This document shows, piece by piece, positions 39,301-52,831 of a DNA stretch of 64,000 nt. A program made the translations under genes and the position numbers. The stretch comes from Torpedo marmorata (taxonomy: Eukaryota). How positions within the stretch are numbered: the first letter of the stretch is position 1; every line of letters starts with the position of its first letter. The notes below the pieces were generated by a model. The model searched no databases, had not been told where the DNA came from, and saw only the letters and a program-made list of their open reading frames with translations. The stretch covers positions 26,722,001 through 26,786,000 of the forward strand of contig OZ360247.1 in assembly GCA_977017645.1 (NCBI GenBank), in the 5' to 3' direction.

Positions 39301-42300
39301 GACATTTATCTTCAAAATAAACAAAATCTAAGCACCACATCAGCTTTCCAAACCTTCCTACAAACCCGTGAGCTGAACAAAGTTTGGATTGGGTCCAGTC
39401 AACTTTATCCAGATGTTGCTATTTATAAAAAAAAGAAAATCCCTTTTATTGCTAATAAACACATCACACTGATTACTTCAAGATATTTATTCAAGTGTAG
39501 TCCAATCAATAGATATGATTGTTGTCATAAATATTATGCTATTCAAGTAACTTATAATTCAAATCTAAAGTAAGGAGACACTCAATAGTGTGAAGTTGTT
39601 AAGTACAATGCACTTTGTTTTATTTGCAATCAGTATTTTTTTTTACAAGGTTAGCATTGTGCACAATATGTAGCCAATTACATGGAGTTTCAATGTTCAG
39701 TATACTTCATATGAAGTGGTTAAAGAGAAGCTGGGGTGGATCAGTGGAACAAGCAGCATCAATATAAAGGATCCCGACCCGAAACGTTGACTGACCATTT
39801 CTCTCCATGGATGCTGCCTGACCCTTTGAGTCTCTCCAACTTAGTTCACTCAAGATTCCAGTATTTGTGGTTTTTGTGTTTCTCCATGCTTCATAGGAAA
39901 TTTAAAAGCGAAATATATCAATAATATTCAGGACCAACCAAATTCAAGAGCTGATCCATATATTAAAGTACAATTCCATATAATTAATTTAGCAGGGAGA
40001 TAACATCAGGATTTACTAAAATACAATTTAAAAATGCTGAACGAACTCAGTGGATCAAGAAGCATCTCTGGAAGACAAGAGAGAACTGATGTTTTGGGTT
40101 GAGACCTTGCATCAGGACATAAAGATATTTTACACCCAGTTTGTTCAGAGAGATAAAAAAAAAAAAAAAAGTAAACACGAAAATCTGTAGACACCGTGGA
40201 TGAAGTAAAAAACACAAAAGCTGGAGAACTCAGAGAGATATTTGTTTGAAGGAACCTTCTCTTTAGAGGATCCATGTTCCAAATTCCTTGTCCAGTGTTG
40301 AAGAAAATAGTTGCTTCCCATGACTGAACATTAAAAATCGCAATCACCTAAAACTAATTTTCTTAATAACACATACTTGATGCAGAAAAACAGACAGATG
40401 CAAAATTTGTTGAAAATCTGGGAGAAATTCCACTATTGCCTATTTATAACAATTCACTTATACATTAATCAAAATATCCCATTGTTCCGGTATATCTGCT
40501 AAAGAGGCACGTAAGCTTATTTTACATTTATGATTTTCTGGAACAAGTAAATCCCTTATGACTAGATTTAAAAAAAATATAGAATAAATTGTCATTATGT
40601 TACAATTTTAGCATGGGTCTGCTCTGACTATCAGATATTATTGATAATTTGAAGCATTTTATTTAAACAAGGCTAATTTGTAAAGTAGACCAATGGTAAA
40701 AGAACTAATTCAAATAAATAAACAAAGGAAAAGTTGAATAATTTAATTTATTTATTCATATGCTCATTCATGTGATATGGGTGTCATTGGCAAGGTCCAT
40801 CCCTAATGGCCTCTGAACTGAGGAGCTAGTTAGAGTCAACCAATAAGTGAAGTCACACTCAGGCCAGACAGAGTAAGGATGGCAGATTTTCTCCTTTGAA
40901 GGTTTCAGTAAGCTAGATGGGCTTTCATGAATTAAATGCTTACTGTCACTGAGGCTAGTTTTAATTCAGGCTTATATAATGACTGAATTTAAATGCATGA
41001 AATGGAATGGTAAGGTTCAATCTCATGACCCCCTTCTGTATCTTAGCTGCTAACTACAATACCCAGATATTACACCAAGGGAGAGCAAGATGTTAAGGCA
41101 GAAAGAAAGTTTAAAAAATATACATAATGTATAAAGCAAGGATGTTAAGTGGTTAAAAAAAAAAAAAAGAATGTGCGGATACAAATAAAGCAATTATTAG
41201 ATCAACTCATGTCGGTTCCAAATTTAAAAATGTGCAGCTTTATATCCTGATCAACATCAATGTTCACAGTTTAAACTGGAGTGTTTTTCAAGATTAAATA
41301 ATGAAGAATTGTTAAAACCTGTAAAAGAGTGACATAAATTCCTTGTTTTAGCAATTATTAAAACCAATTACAGAAAAAAAATCTAATTTCTGGCCTTGGA
41401 AAGTGTGTATGAATCAAGAAATGATAACATAATTTATATGAATCTCTTATAGCAATTCACATTGTCTGACAATAGCAGTAATTTTACCTTTTATTGATTT
41501 TGGAAAACATTCCTTCAAAAATCAGAAAACTCTTTAGGAATTTTTTTTACAGAAAGGTTTACTTTTGTAATATTTATTTATATTTTCTTAAATCATGTTT
41601 TGATTCAGATATATTAGGCTTGAAATGTGTTTAGTGTTGCAGTGCCACAAATGCCAAATTGTAAAGTCATGTTTCATGTCAGTGACAAACTGGGTACACA
41701 TGTGTCTTTTATTTGTTCTATGTTTTTTCTCTGGTATCTTTCTTCCTAATTCAATACATTACAAATCATTTATTTGAAAAGTAAAATTTGTAGCAACTGC
41801 ATAATCACACCAATATCTGCCCTCAAGCAATATTGATTTGCTTCCTTTATTCAAAGTATGTGCTATTATTTATTCACACCTGTAGTAATAAAAATGGAAG
41901 TCACCACTAAGAATTGGGTTGCCACTTGCCTAGTGTTGCAAAATGATCAAATTATTAATACCTTGTTCACCAAATCACTTCCAAAGTACCAGATTTCATA
42001 AATAGATCTACTACTATGGTAATGCTGTTTTAATTTGATGTTAATTTCAGGTATAATTGCTGCAACAAATAGCATCTTTGACTCTTGAAAAATGAATTAA
42101 ACTTTGAAAATCTAAAACATATCCACATTCTAGCAACAAACTTTAGGAGTCATTTGTAAACCGTTGTGAATTCTGTTAAATATATGGCACTCACGTCTTT
42201 ATTAATAATTGAATTAACATTGAACAGAGACCAGGTAAGTGAGGATACCAGTATTGTCATTGATAAAGTCAAAAACCGAAAGCAAATAATCATTTCTTTA

Positions 42301-42594
42301 ACCCAACTGCAGTAATGCTGTTCATAATAAATTCACACCAGTTGAGTTATAATGTGGCCATACGTAAAATTATTTGATACAATTTTGCAGTTCAGGATAA
42401 GACTCGTTATATTACATATTTAAGAGTCAAAATATCGGAAACATTAAAATCCCCTTAACGGGGATGTTTTCCATATAATTCCGCGGACTGCAAAATATAG
42501 CTAAGGTGTCAATGTAGTTAAGGTGTAACACACATTTATTCCACCCGAAGATGATCTAAAGTGGGTGATTGGCTTCAGACAACACAATGGAAGA

Positions 42595-43055
42595 TGTAAA
42601 AACATGATGCTGGAGAAACTCAGCAGGTCAGTGTACTTTATTTAGCAAAGATAAAGATACATAGCCAACTTTTCGGACTTGAGCCCTTCAAGGTAAGATG
42701 AAGGGTTCAAACCCGAAACTTTGGTTATGTAAAAACACAATGCTGGAGAAACTCAGCAGGTCAAACAGTGTCGTTTATATAGCAAAGGTAAAAATACATA
42801 ACCGCCGATTCGGGCTTGAGGCCTTCATCAAGGTATGGAAAAATGTCAACAGGCGTCCGAATAAAAGAGTAGGAGGGGATGGTTATGTATCTTTATATTT
42901 GCTATTTTTATTATTATTATGTATTTTTATTATATATAATTATGTATTATTATTATTATTATATTATGTATCTTTATATTTGCTACACTGTTTGACCTGC
43001 TGAGTTTCTCCAGCATTGTGTTTTTGCTTCAACCACGGTGTCTGCAGACTTTCCT
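42595..43055. mobile_element. Rearranged Penelope-like pLTR cluster in MEOX1 intron 1
   Basis: Two tandem pLTR copies (42597-42693, 42729-42880) interleaved with inverted pieces (42697-42730, 42880-43050) and a TAT-rich expansion. Confidence 0.78.
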
Positions 43056-43765
43056 GATTCACTACAATAGAAGATGTGAGTGCAGGATAATCGTTCTGAT
43101 GCAAGGCACCCGCTTCACTCTGCTCTGTTCCAAACCTAGGGTCCACTCAATCCCCGTTATGTGACTTCATCTTCATTCAGGTCGACCATCGAACAGAACC
43201 GCATTCGTTCCGATTACACAGGTCCAAGGAGAGGGTGCTCAGTCCAATGTATCCATTTCTGTTTCAACGGGATAAACACGCGGGCATCGTTTTTACAGTA
43301 GAGTTTATAATTTTTGAGTGAAACGCTGACCCAGATTGTGGTTGTTGAATCGACACAAAATGTAATTGTATTCAATGTTGTGCAGTAAGCACTGCGAATG
43401 GGGCTGACATTATTTGCATTGAATGACTTGGGGATAGAATTAGCTCTTTACCTGCGACCTTCTGCTGAAGTTCATCTGAAGATGAGATTGTTCAGCTGCC
43501 AGACGTGGAATCAAATACTTTTAAAGAATGTTTCATCCCCTGGATTGACTCAATAGGTAAGGAAAGGTGAGATAACTGCAATGTTCTAGTTAAATTGAGG
43601 CGTTGTGGTTGTGAAATCGCAACAATGTAACCTTACAATCAATGCAACTTCACTCTAAGTTGCTACAAGTGAAACAAACTTCAATGGAATAAATAATACG
43701 TTCAATTTGAAGTGTGGCTGGACTTTTATTTTGTTTCACTGATAGTGTTTCGGTGTTGCACTCAC

Positions 43766-44228
43766 CTAAAACGTCGCGTTTCCTTTTCGTTGGTTTCTTG
43801 TCTATTTCCGAAGCCCCGATGCCCCGCTGGCTAGAGTAATCCCCAGTCGCGACGCACTGCGCCGGCTCCGAGCCACCCGTTTCGAAATTCGCGGAGCCGG
43901 CGGACAAGCACGAGGTTTGTCTCTCCCTGACCGCCGTCGGCAGCGGAGGGGGGATGTGCCACTCGGTGCGGGGGAAGCGGCCCGGGTGATGTTCCACGTA
44001 AACCCTCTCCTCTCCGGGGAAGCCGTGCGACGCCGACACCAGGCACGGAGAAGTAAAATCCGGGTAAGCGGAGAAGTCCGCGACTTCGGATTTTTTGTAC
44101 AAAGAGAAAGGAGACGGATAGTGGTGGAGGCCGGGAACCCCCGCCCCGGAATGTGGATTTCTCATGCAGCTCCAGACGGCGGCCCCGGAATGCGAATTCC
44201 GCATGCAGCTGCCTGCAGTTTGATCCAT
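43766..44228 (-). CDS. MEOX1: MEOX1 coding exon 1
   Basis: ATG at 44228 gives MDQTAGSCMRNSHSGAAVWSCMRNPHSG...AYPDFTSPCL...EIDKKPTKRKRDVL, matching the recalled vertebrate MEOX1 N-terminus (human MDPAASSCMRS...VWGCLRNPHS...AYPDFSASCL). No poly-His tract as in MEOX2. Ends at a phase-1 donor G|GTGAGT. CpG-rich. Confidence 0.93.
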
Positions 44229-44560
44229 TGAAAGACTGGAAGGTGCTGGCTGCACTCAAACAAAGTTTTAAATCCTAGATCTGTGCAAAATGCACCGCCC
44301 TTTGTCACTTCCAGCCTTCTGTTATAAGTTTGCAATGATCAGATCCCCTTTAAACTTGTTTTCTCCAAAAAAATAAATAAAAGCTCACATGCCTGCAGTC
44401 AATGAGGCTGTCTCTCTCTGAGTAGGTTGGTGGTAAAAGTGACAAGCTTATAGTGTGTAATGTGAGAGGGGCGGGGTTGGCCCACCACATGTTGCATTAC
44501 TCTAACCAAGCAAAGAATTGCTGCGATTAATCACCAGTATTACTGTATACGCAGAAATTT
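44229..44560 (-). promoter_or_regulatory. MEOX1 5' UTR and proximal promoter
   Basis: Directly upstream of the ATG and repeat-free. GC box GGGGCGGGG near 44468-44476, TATA-like TTATAA near 44322, TAAT motifs near 44526. TSS not determinable from sequence. Confidence 0.5.
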
Positions 44561-47500
44561 TATATGCACAACCTTTAATGGCTTTTTCAGAACACAGGAT
44601 ATCACAGGCGTTTGGAAATCAGACAGCATTGTCCCTCCTTGTTCAAGGATTAAAAAAATAAAAGCACACACTGGACACTTGCTGTATAATGTATTCATGT
44701 ATCTCAAGGATTCTCTCCCTCTCCAGCGATCACCGTCCTGGGTTGCTTACTCTCACTCCACGAATGTTAGAATAAGCCATGTTGCAGTATTTTAAGGCAT
44801 TGGAACAAGGTCTAAATGCGATCAGAGACTGGGGAAGGTGGAATGCAAAAAAGGTGATGTGGAAGTTATTCCAATTATTGAAAGACCTCTTGCACTGTAA
44901 CGAGAATAAAGGTTTAAATCATGTCAGTGACTATTCAGTGTTGTTCTGGCGAGTTTATGAAGATTAATGTAACGATGGGACTACTGTAAGATGTATTATT
45001 GAGCATTTTTGTTTGTTTTAAGGAGAACTCTATGCATGAATTTAATTTAAAAAAATCATTAACAACAACTTATCTAGACAGCATGCTGTAGCATTCCATA
45101 GAAACGTAACCAGACACAAATTAATCAGGCATAAAACTAAATAAGATTCCTTAGGGTAAGAAACCTTGATGAAAACAAAATGACTTTCAGGATGCATCAA
45201 AGGCAGAAAATCAGATGCTGAGTTGGATTGTGGTAGTAGGCTAGAATTGACTGACGTTTGGAGGATTGTTAGGCTGGAGTTTATTGTGGGGATGAGACCA
45301 TGGAGGGTCTTTAAAACAGGAATGTTTTAAAATCAAGTTACTGCGCGTTAATGAGCAAAGGACAGATGGGTAAATGCGTCCTTGAGAAAGTTAGAGTTTA
45401 AGTCATGAATGAGAGGAATCAGACATGCCTAGAATTTCATCCCAGCTTCATTAGAACTGAATTCCAGAGGAAGAATTTAAAATGCCATTGCCACTAAATA
45501 ACATGTTTGATTCTACTGACTAGTGAATCTGATTTGCTTAAGCTATCCCACTAACATAAAAAATAAACAAAATGATGATGTTTAATTGTTCAATTCCAAG
45601 AGTTCACTATTTCACGCTGTAATTGGTATTGTTTTGTTGAACATAATAAAAGATGGACTGGGATTTATTTTGCAACAGTTATAATAAATTTTAAGATCCC
45701 AATACTGTGACCTTATCCGATGGTGGCATAGACTTCAGCAAGATTTTAAAGAAAGATAATCTCACATTTCATACTTTTTCATGCTGGAAAGAAAATAAAT
45801 AGCTTGTGCAGGGGCAAAAGAACCATGTGATCCATAAAACCCTGTCAGTCTTCAAACGATCAGCATGATGGTGTAATAATTTGTGGATTGAATCACAGGC
45901 AACTTCTCCAGCCAATATGTAGGAAGGTATTGTGCCCATGAAGGAGTTTTCAACATGCATTTTTCACTGTTTGATTACAAGATATGACAGAATGATGTAA
46001 TAACATAAAAACCATCACCTTGTCACCTATTTTGGAATGCCACTAATGCTGAAAATAATCAAAAGCAGTTCAGATCCTTGCACTAAAATAAAGAGTTCTC
46101 AATTCTTGCGACAATGCCACTCTAATGGCTTGTCCTGACCAGAAGCAGAACAGCGCAAATAAGCAAAAAAAATTTTTTTTAAAAATTTGAAATCCCAATA
46201 AAGCTTTCAGGATAATCAAAATCCATTTGTTTTCCCAGAATTAGACCTGCCAACTTGGATGGAAGTCTGTGTGAACACCGTTATTCTTATCCTCCAAATT
46301 CCTGGTGCTTTTCTTCTGTTGTTGCATGCATAAACAGAGGAGAGACTCAATTAGTTCTCTATCATACCTGCTGCTGTGTTTAAATAGGTCCAAGTGCCGT
46401 TGGAACTGAATGTTAAACCATCGCATTAAATGTGATGGTTGTGGGGGAGGGTGGGGATTGGGTTGCCGCATTTGTATCTAGGAGGCACGCTGAAATGCAA
46501 TCTGCACCACGACTCCACCTCAGTCTAATTCAAGGTGCCCCTTGCCTCAAAGGTAATAAGATTCAAATATTATTCTGTGGGTACTGTATGGCAACAGAGG
46601 CATCACCAGTTGGCCATCACATTGACATATCAGTGGAGAGAATGATTCCAGAGAATGGAAACTGCTTGAAATAAGAGTGTCACGGCAGTAAAAACTAAAT
46701 AAAAATTACATTTCTACAGATGTTCGTTGTGGTTGGTGGGATCATTGCATTTCAGTTCTGTTACATATAATAAACAATTTGAGACCAATTGTGCAGAGCT
46801 ACCCATTTAAATGAAAAAAAAAAGTTTTCTAAAACTCACTCAAAATGAGACCCGCAAAAATAATACTGAATTGAACAGCTTTTATATACAGACCAATTTA
46901 GATGGTATCCAACATGAGCAATTATTGTGTGTACCATTCTTCCCCCCCCCTCCCTCCCAGAAAATTAGGTATGTTTGTGCCATAATATATATTTTGAACA
47001 ATAAAGGTTTAAAAAGTAGCGTTTTTAAGCATCACGTCAAGTTATTGGATATAAATCAAATTCTCCTGTAAAAATTATGACCCTAATTCTTAAGCTAAGG
47101 AAAGATATAATCCTCCTTTAAGTGGAACGTCTTACCATTACAGCCAGTGATAATGAATCGAAAAGCGGACAATAAATACAGGAAACCTCTTGTACGTGGA
47201 AATCCAAAGGGGGACAAAAGTGCGAATGCACAAAGTCTCAAATAAAACAGAAAGCACAGCACTGGAAGTGTACAGTCAGTTCGCCTGGGAGCAGAGCAAT
47301 GTTATTTTTCAGAGAAAGTGTAACTTTGCAGGTGGTGTCCCTTTGTCAGAACGGTTTTTATAAGTAGCCAGGGCAGAATGGATCCTGAGCAGGGATGACT
47401 GAAACAAAGAATCTATTTCACTCAATCCTATACTGCGGCAACTTCTGTCTCTCCTTTCATTTCTGCCAAAAGAACCCTAACCTGAAACGGACACATAACG

Positions 47501-49457
47501 CCTCACTTTCCAGATGTGGACATTTCTGCTGTAGATTTCCTGCACTCGATTTTCCTCTTTTTTTTTTTAACGTGACTCGATTTCTAACGAACGAATTGCG
47601 CAAATAAACTAAGGTGCTTACAATAAAACCTCGATAAAAAGAGCTTTTCCCAAACCGCTCCATAAGTTTTCCTTCTCTCAGTCCCACACGTAGAGTATGT
47701 AACAAAAGGGGACGAAATAGCATTGAAGTAAGTCTTGGGGCTGATAATGTGGCAATTCTTCTATGGAAAGATCAAGTTACAGAATTCAAACTGATCTCAG
47801 CTGTTTGTGACTGTAAGTGATTGCAGTGTTAGTGAGGAGTGCGGGTTTCTGGAACTGACTCACGGAGATTCTGACTATATGAAGAAAGAATTATTCCAAG
47901 TGGCATTTTCTTTTCCATTAAGATATTCCCGAGTACTTTACAGAAAAATAAAATACTTGCAAATGTATAATGGAACTTTTTTTTTTTGCTTCACCTTTTG
48001 CCGACTTTTTTTTCCGCAACGTTGGATATTTTAGCTGCGCAGCTTGATATAAAACGTAAATTAGTAAATGTCATGGTTTTTATTCCACTAACTGACGGCG
48101 TATTTATCCCCGTTTGTTTGTTGATGAAGTGAAAGCTACGATCTTGAAGCACCAGCGATAAAACGCTCGATGTATCACCCTTACTCATCCTCGCGAAAGC
48201 CTAAACTCTTATTTTGCTCTTTCTTTATAAACTGGCTTGCTTTGACTGACAGTCATGTTCATTGACGTTAAGTTGATTTCTCAGAGATTATGCTGAACGG
48301 GATTTGTGCAACGTTCCTCCTATATCTCCATCTCTAAAGGGAATGGCAGAGAGATCTCTCCTTCCATCTTCGCCGTGTTAATATGATGGAGAGCGTGCGT
48401 ACTTTCAAAGCTGTAAAGGAAATTTAGTATTTATGAGCTAAAAAGTGAATGAAAGTACTTTCTAACCCAAGGCCCATTTCCTGGAATATATAAAGACTAT
48501 CAGAAGTCATATGGAAAATGCATTACCAAAACAAAATCCTCCTACGATTGAGTATTGCTGATAATTTCACATTGAATTTAAAAGACGGCGCAAAAAATGA
48601 GAACAATCGTTTCAATTTCTAGAGAAGTAGAAGTATTAAAACAAATCTTTTCAGCCAAATTAGCAGATTTTAATAGCGTAAAGGCATCTTAATGATACGA
48701 CCCTTTTCGTTGCGTTACCTTTGAGAATCAAGAATTAATTGTAAAATAGTTGTGTAATCAAATTCTGTGCGTGTGTATGTGTTAGGAAAAATTGTACATT
48801 TTAATGCATTGATACACCACCTCCCGAAGCTCCTGCTCTTCATAATAAAGTTATGTATGTAAAAAAAAAATGAACAGCAGTAGAAAGCAGAACATTTCCA
48901 AAGCCTTTGGCATGTGGGCTTTCTCCAGGGAGACGGAAAAAATTGACGAAAGACAGCTGAAGCCTTTGCATATACAGCTCGCATATTGTCGGCAATTCTG
49001 CAGGGTATTATCATTATAAATGCAAGATTTAAAACTTTATAGATGATAATATCCAGGACCATTTAATTTAATTGTGGGTCAACTTGTATTGAATCATCCC
49101 ATGTCTGCTTCTTTTTTTATTAAATGGCTGTCGAAAGCTTGCTTTAAATAAACATTGATAAGTAAATGCATGTCACATTGCGTTTTGGGGGCACACGTCT
49201 GTGTTAGTTGCATGAGTGTTGGGAGGTCTAACTTATGGGTATGAGTTGACTTATTTTCCACAGACTGTTTTTCCAGTTGCGATAAAATCTCAGGGTGACA
49301 TTCACCTTGAATTGCACAGGTCGCTTTTGCAGTCGTGTTAGCCGCCACTGTGCATTTGCAGACTGTGGTGCTGATTTTAATACTGACCAGCCTTCTGTCT
49401 TTTCACAGTGGGAGACTCAAGGCCTTCACGATTACCAGAATTAAAATACTGGGGTGT

Positions 49458-50250
49458 TGTGGTAAAAACACAATGCTGGAGAAACTCAGCAGTGTATTTT
49501 ATGTAGCGAAGATAAAGATACATAACCAAAGTCTTGGGCTTGAGCCCTGCATCAAGGTATGACAAAATGTAGGCAGGCGTCCGAACAAAATGATGGGGGG
49601 GGGGCAGGGGGAGGAGCACAGTCCCACAGGCAGGAGGTAATAGGTGGATAAGGGAGGGAGGGCCCACCAGCAAGCAGGGGATGGCTCTGTGAATGGAAAG
49701 GGAAGGGGGTGGAGAGCTGGAGGAAAGGAAGCTAAAAGGAATGGAAAAGGGAGGGAGAACGGGGAGTAGGCTAGCAGAAACCGGAGGTCGATATTAATGT
49801 GATCCAGTTGGAGAGTGCCCAGACGGAAAATTAAGTGTTGCTCCTCCAATTTACGGGTGGTCTTGGTTTGACACTACATGAGGCCATGGACAGACATGTC
49901 AGCATGGGTGTGGGGCGCAGAATTGAAATGGTTGGCCACTGGGAGATCCCTGTCACTGATGCAGCAGAGCGAAGGTGCTCAGCGAAACGATCTCCCAGTC
50001 TGCGCCCAGTCTCTCCGATGTAGAGAAGGCCATAACGGGAGCACCGGATGCAGTAGATAACTCTCGCGGATGTCTATCCATGCGGGCACCTGCCCACATT
50101 TTGTCCATACTTTGATGAAGGGCTCAAGCCCGAAACATTGGTTATGTATTTTTATCTTTGCTGCATAAAGTGCAATGTTTGACTTGCTGAGTTTCTCCAG
50201 CATTGTGTTTTTACTTCAACCACGGTGTCTGCAGACTTTTGTGTTTTACT
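49458..50250 (-). mobile_element. Penelope-like element, 5'-truncated, with inverted pLTR
   Basis: Minus-strand EEQHLIFRLGTLQLDHINID GIY-YIG end; 49458-49585 and 50083-50215 are inverted copies of the pLTR. Confidence 0.82.
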
Positions 50251-50782
50251 CCAGTGGCATTTTGTAACCAGGTAATGAAATCTGAAGCCGAGTCACACTC
50301 CCACCCCTGTCATCTGCTTTTGGGTGGTGGAAAGACCTTCAGACTTCAGGTCTGAATCTTTTGGGACAGGTAGATCTGGTTTTCACATTCCACAAGCCTG
50401 CCTTTTGTCAGCCAGCTCCTGAACAGCTTCACCCTTGCTAAATGCAGGATAGAACTGAACTCACAATTTTCTTCCAGTCAATTTATTGTGTGCATATAAT
50501 TAAAGAAGCTACAGCACAGTAAAGGTCCTTTGGACCATTATATCCATGACAACATTTTTGCCCATCTACACTAATTCCATTTGCCCACATTGGGACCATA
50601 TCTTTCAATGCTTTGCCTGTTCAATCATCTGCCTCAACGCCTCTGAAAGGTAGTAATTGTATCTGCTTCTTCCACTCCACAATATGTTCCAGATATCAAC
50701 CACTCTCAGTCCACAATAAAAGTTACTCTCTAACACTCCTTCCTCTCATCTTAAACATATGTCCTTTGTCTTGTTACTTGAT

Positions 50783-51047
50783 GGCGGCACGGTTGGCGTA
50801 GTGGTTAGCGCAACGCCTTTACAGCGTCAGCGATCGGGACTGGGGTTCGAATCCCGCGCTGTCTGTAAGGACTTTGTACGTTCTCCCCGTGTCTGCTTGG
50901 GTTTTCCCCGGGGGCTCCGGTTTCCTCCCACCGTCCAAAACGTACCGGGGGTGTAGGTTAATTGGGTGTAAATTGGGCGGCACAGACTTGTGGGCCAAAA
51001 TGGCCTGTTACTGTGCTGTATGTCTAAATTTAAATTTAATTTTAAAA
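50783..51047 (+). mobile_element. V-SINE/HE1-like SINE
   Basis: A box TGGCGTAGTGG, B box GGTTCGAATCC, (TTTAAA)n tail. Confidence 0.88.
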
Positions 51048-51433
51048 ATGATCAGGCAATGTTCTCCATTAGAAACAAATAGTACTTATTTTGCATGGAA
51101 GAAAAGCATCTTTTGGAAACTTTCAGTATTTTCTAAGGCTTTGGATTATAGAATGTTGCAAACTTTCTTCCTGTGCATTATAAAGTAGGAGATTCAGATA
51201 TGTCACTGACTATAGGAGTTATTAATCATAACCTTTATCCCTGCATTATTATTGTTCTTTGCACTGATGCTATTATTAGAAGCACTTGAAAGTGTGTGAT
51301 GGTGGAATTGTTTTGCCTGGTTGTCCAAATCAGCTACCAATTACAGAATCTGATTTTCTCTCCTAAAGGATGGGATGATCCATAGAAGGAGGAAAATCTA
51401 ACCTTGCTTAACCTTCAACTTATACTCATGAGG

Positions 51434-51862
51434 ATAGAACATAGAACATAGAACACTACTGCACAGTACAGGCCCTTCGGCCCTCAATGTTGTACCGACC
51501 CATATATTTCTTAAAAAAGTACTAAACCCTCCCTACCCCGTCACCCTCTATTTTTCTTCAATCCATGTGCCTGTCTAAGAGTCTCTTAAATGCCCCTAAT
51601 GTTTCAGCCTCCACCACCATCGCCAGCAAGGCATTCCAGACACCCACAACTCTCTGCGTAAAAAACGTACCCCTGATGTCTGCCCTAAACTTCCCTCCCT
51701 TCACTTTGTACATATGTCCTCTGGTGTTTGCTACTCCTGCCCTGGGAAACAGGTGCTGGCTGTCCACCTTATCTATGCCTCTCATAATCTTGTAGACCTC
51801 TATTAAGTCTCCTTTCATCCTTCTACGCTCCAAAGAGAAAAGTCCCAGCTCTGCTAACCTTA
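51434..51862 (-). mobile_element. CR1 (HER1-like) LINE 3' end
   Basis: ERRRMKGDLIEVYKIMRGID...FFTQRVVGVWNAL...FKRLLDRHMD; (TTCTATG)n tail. Its last ~35 nt resemble the SINE tails. More degenerate CR1 pieces lie at ~23265-23500, 27810-27955, 56400-56600 and 57270-57492. Confidence 0.88.
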
Positions 51863-51917
51863 ATCATTTGTGTGCTTTCAGTCTAACAATTTAATTTTCT
51901 TTTATTATATTTATAAA

Positions 51918-52140
51918 ATTTTTAATTTAGACATACAACACGGTAATTGAGCCTGACACTCAAATTGACCTACAACCCAGGTACGTTTTGAAGGGTGGGA
52001 GGAAACCGGAGCACCCGGAGGAAACCCACGCAGACATGGGGAGAACATACAAACTCCTTACAGACAGAGCCGGATTCGAACCCTGGTCACTGGCGCTGTA
52101 ACAGCGTTACACTAACCGCTATGCTAACCATGCCACCCCA
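51918..52140 (-). mobile_element. V-SINE/HE1-like SINE
   Basis: Match to the family with a small 3' deletion. Confidence 0.8.
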
Positions 52141-52504
52141 CGCTAACTATGCCACTCTGTTATTGGCTGATGATTTTAATGCAGCTCACAATATGAACTT
52201 AAGGCTCTGAGTTACTTTTGATAATCAATTATGCACAGGTGTGGGACATATACACGGTTTGGATTGTCTAGGCTCAGTTACTATGTGGTTAATTCAGCGT
52301 AATTCTGTGCAATCTTGCGTAGAAGTTCATTGGTGCCTGAATCTGGACATGAGAGGTAAAGCAGCAGAATTCACTGCTGGCCTTAAATTTTCACAGAAGA
52401 TGAGTGGTCTTTCGTTGAATACAAAGACATTGATTAAAGTTCCAGAAGAAGGTCATCCAAGGGTGCAGCGGAGATGGCTGATGGTAGACAGGCAAAATTA
52501 GGGA

Positions 52505-52780
52505 GTGAAACACGAAAGTCTGCAGACGCTGTGATTGTAGTAAAAACATACAGAAATGCTGGAGGAACTCAGCTGGTCTTGCAGCATCCATAGGAGGTAA
52601 AGATATATTATCGACGTTTCAGGCCTGAGCCCTTCTTCAAGGAATAAGCAAAGAACAGGAATAAAGACTGAAGACTGGCAGGGGGAGGAGTCCAGACCAA
52701 CAAAAGGTGTTAATTAGATAGGAGGAGAGGTGAGAATTGATTTTGGCTCTGTGAAAGGAGAGAGAGGGAAAAGAGAGAGA

Positions 52781-52831
<51 letters not shown>

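Noticed and set aside
43650-44255. 201-aa single-exon ORF from the track
   Set aside because: It starts at GTG nine codons before the homology-supported ATG and reads through the exon-1 donor into the intron.
43831-44259. Overlapping alternative-frame and antisense ORFs over MEOX1 exon 1
   Set aside because: Non-ATG starts; expected by chance in GC-rich coding DNA.
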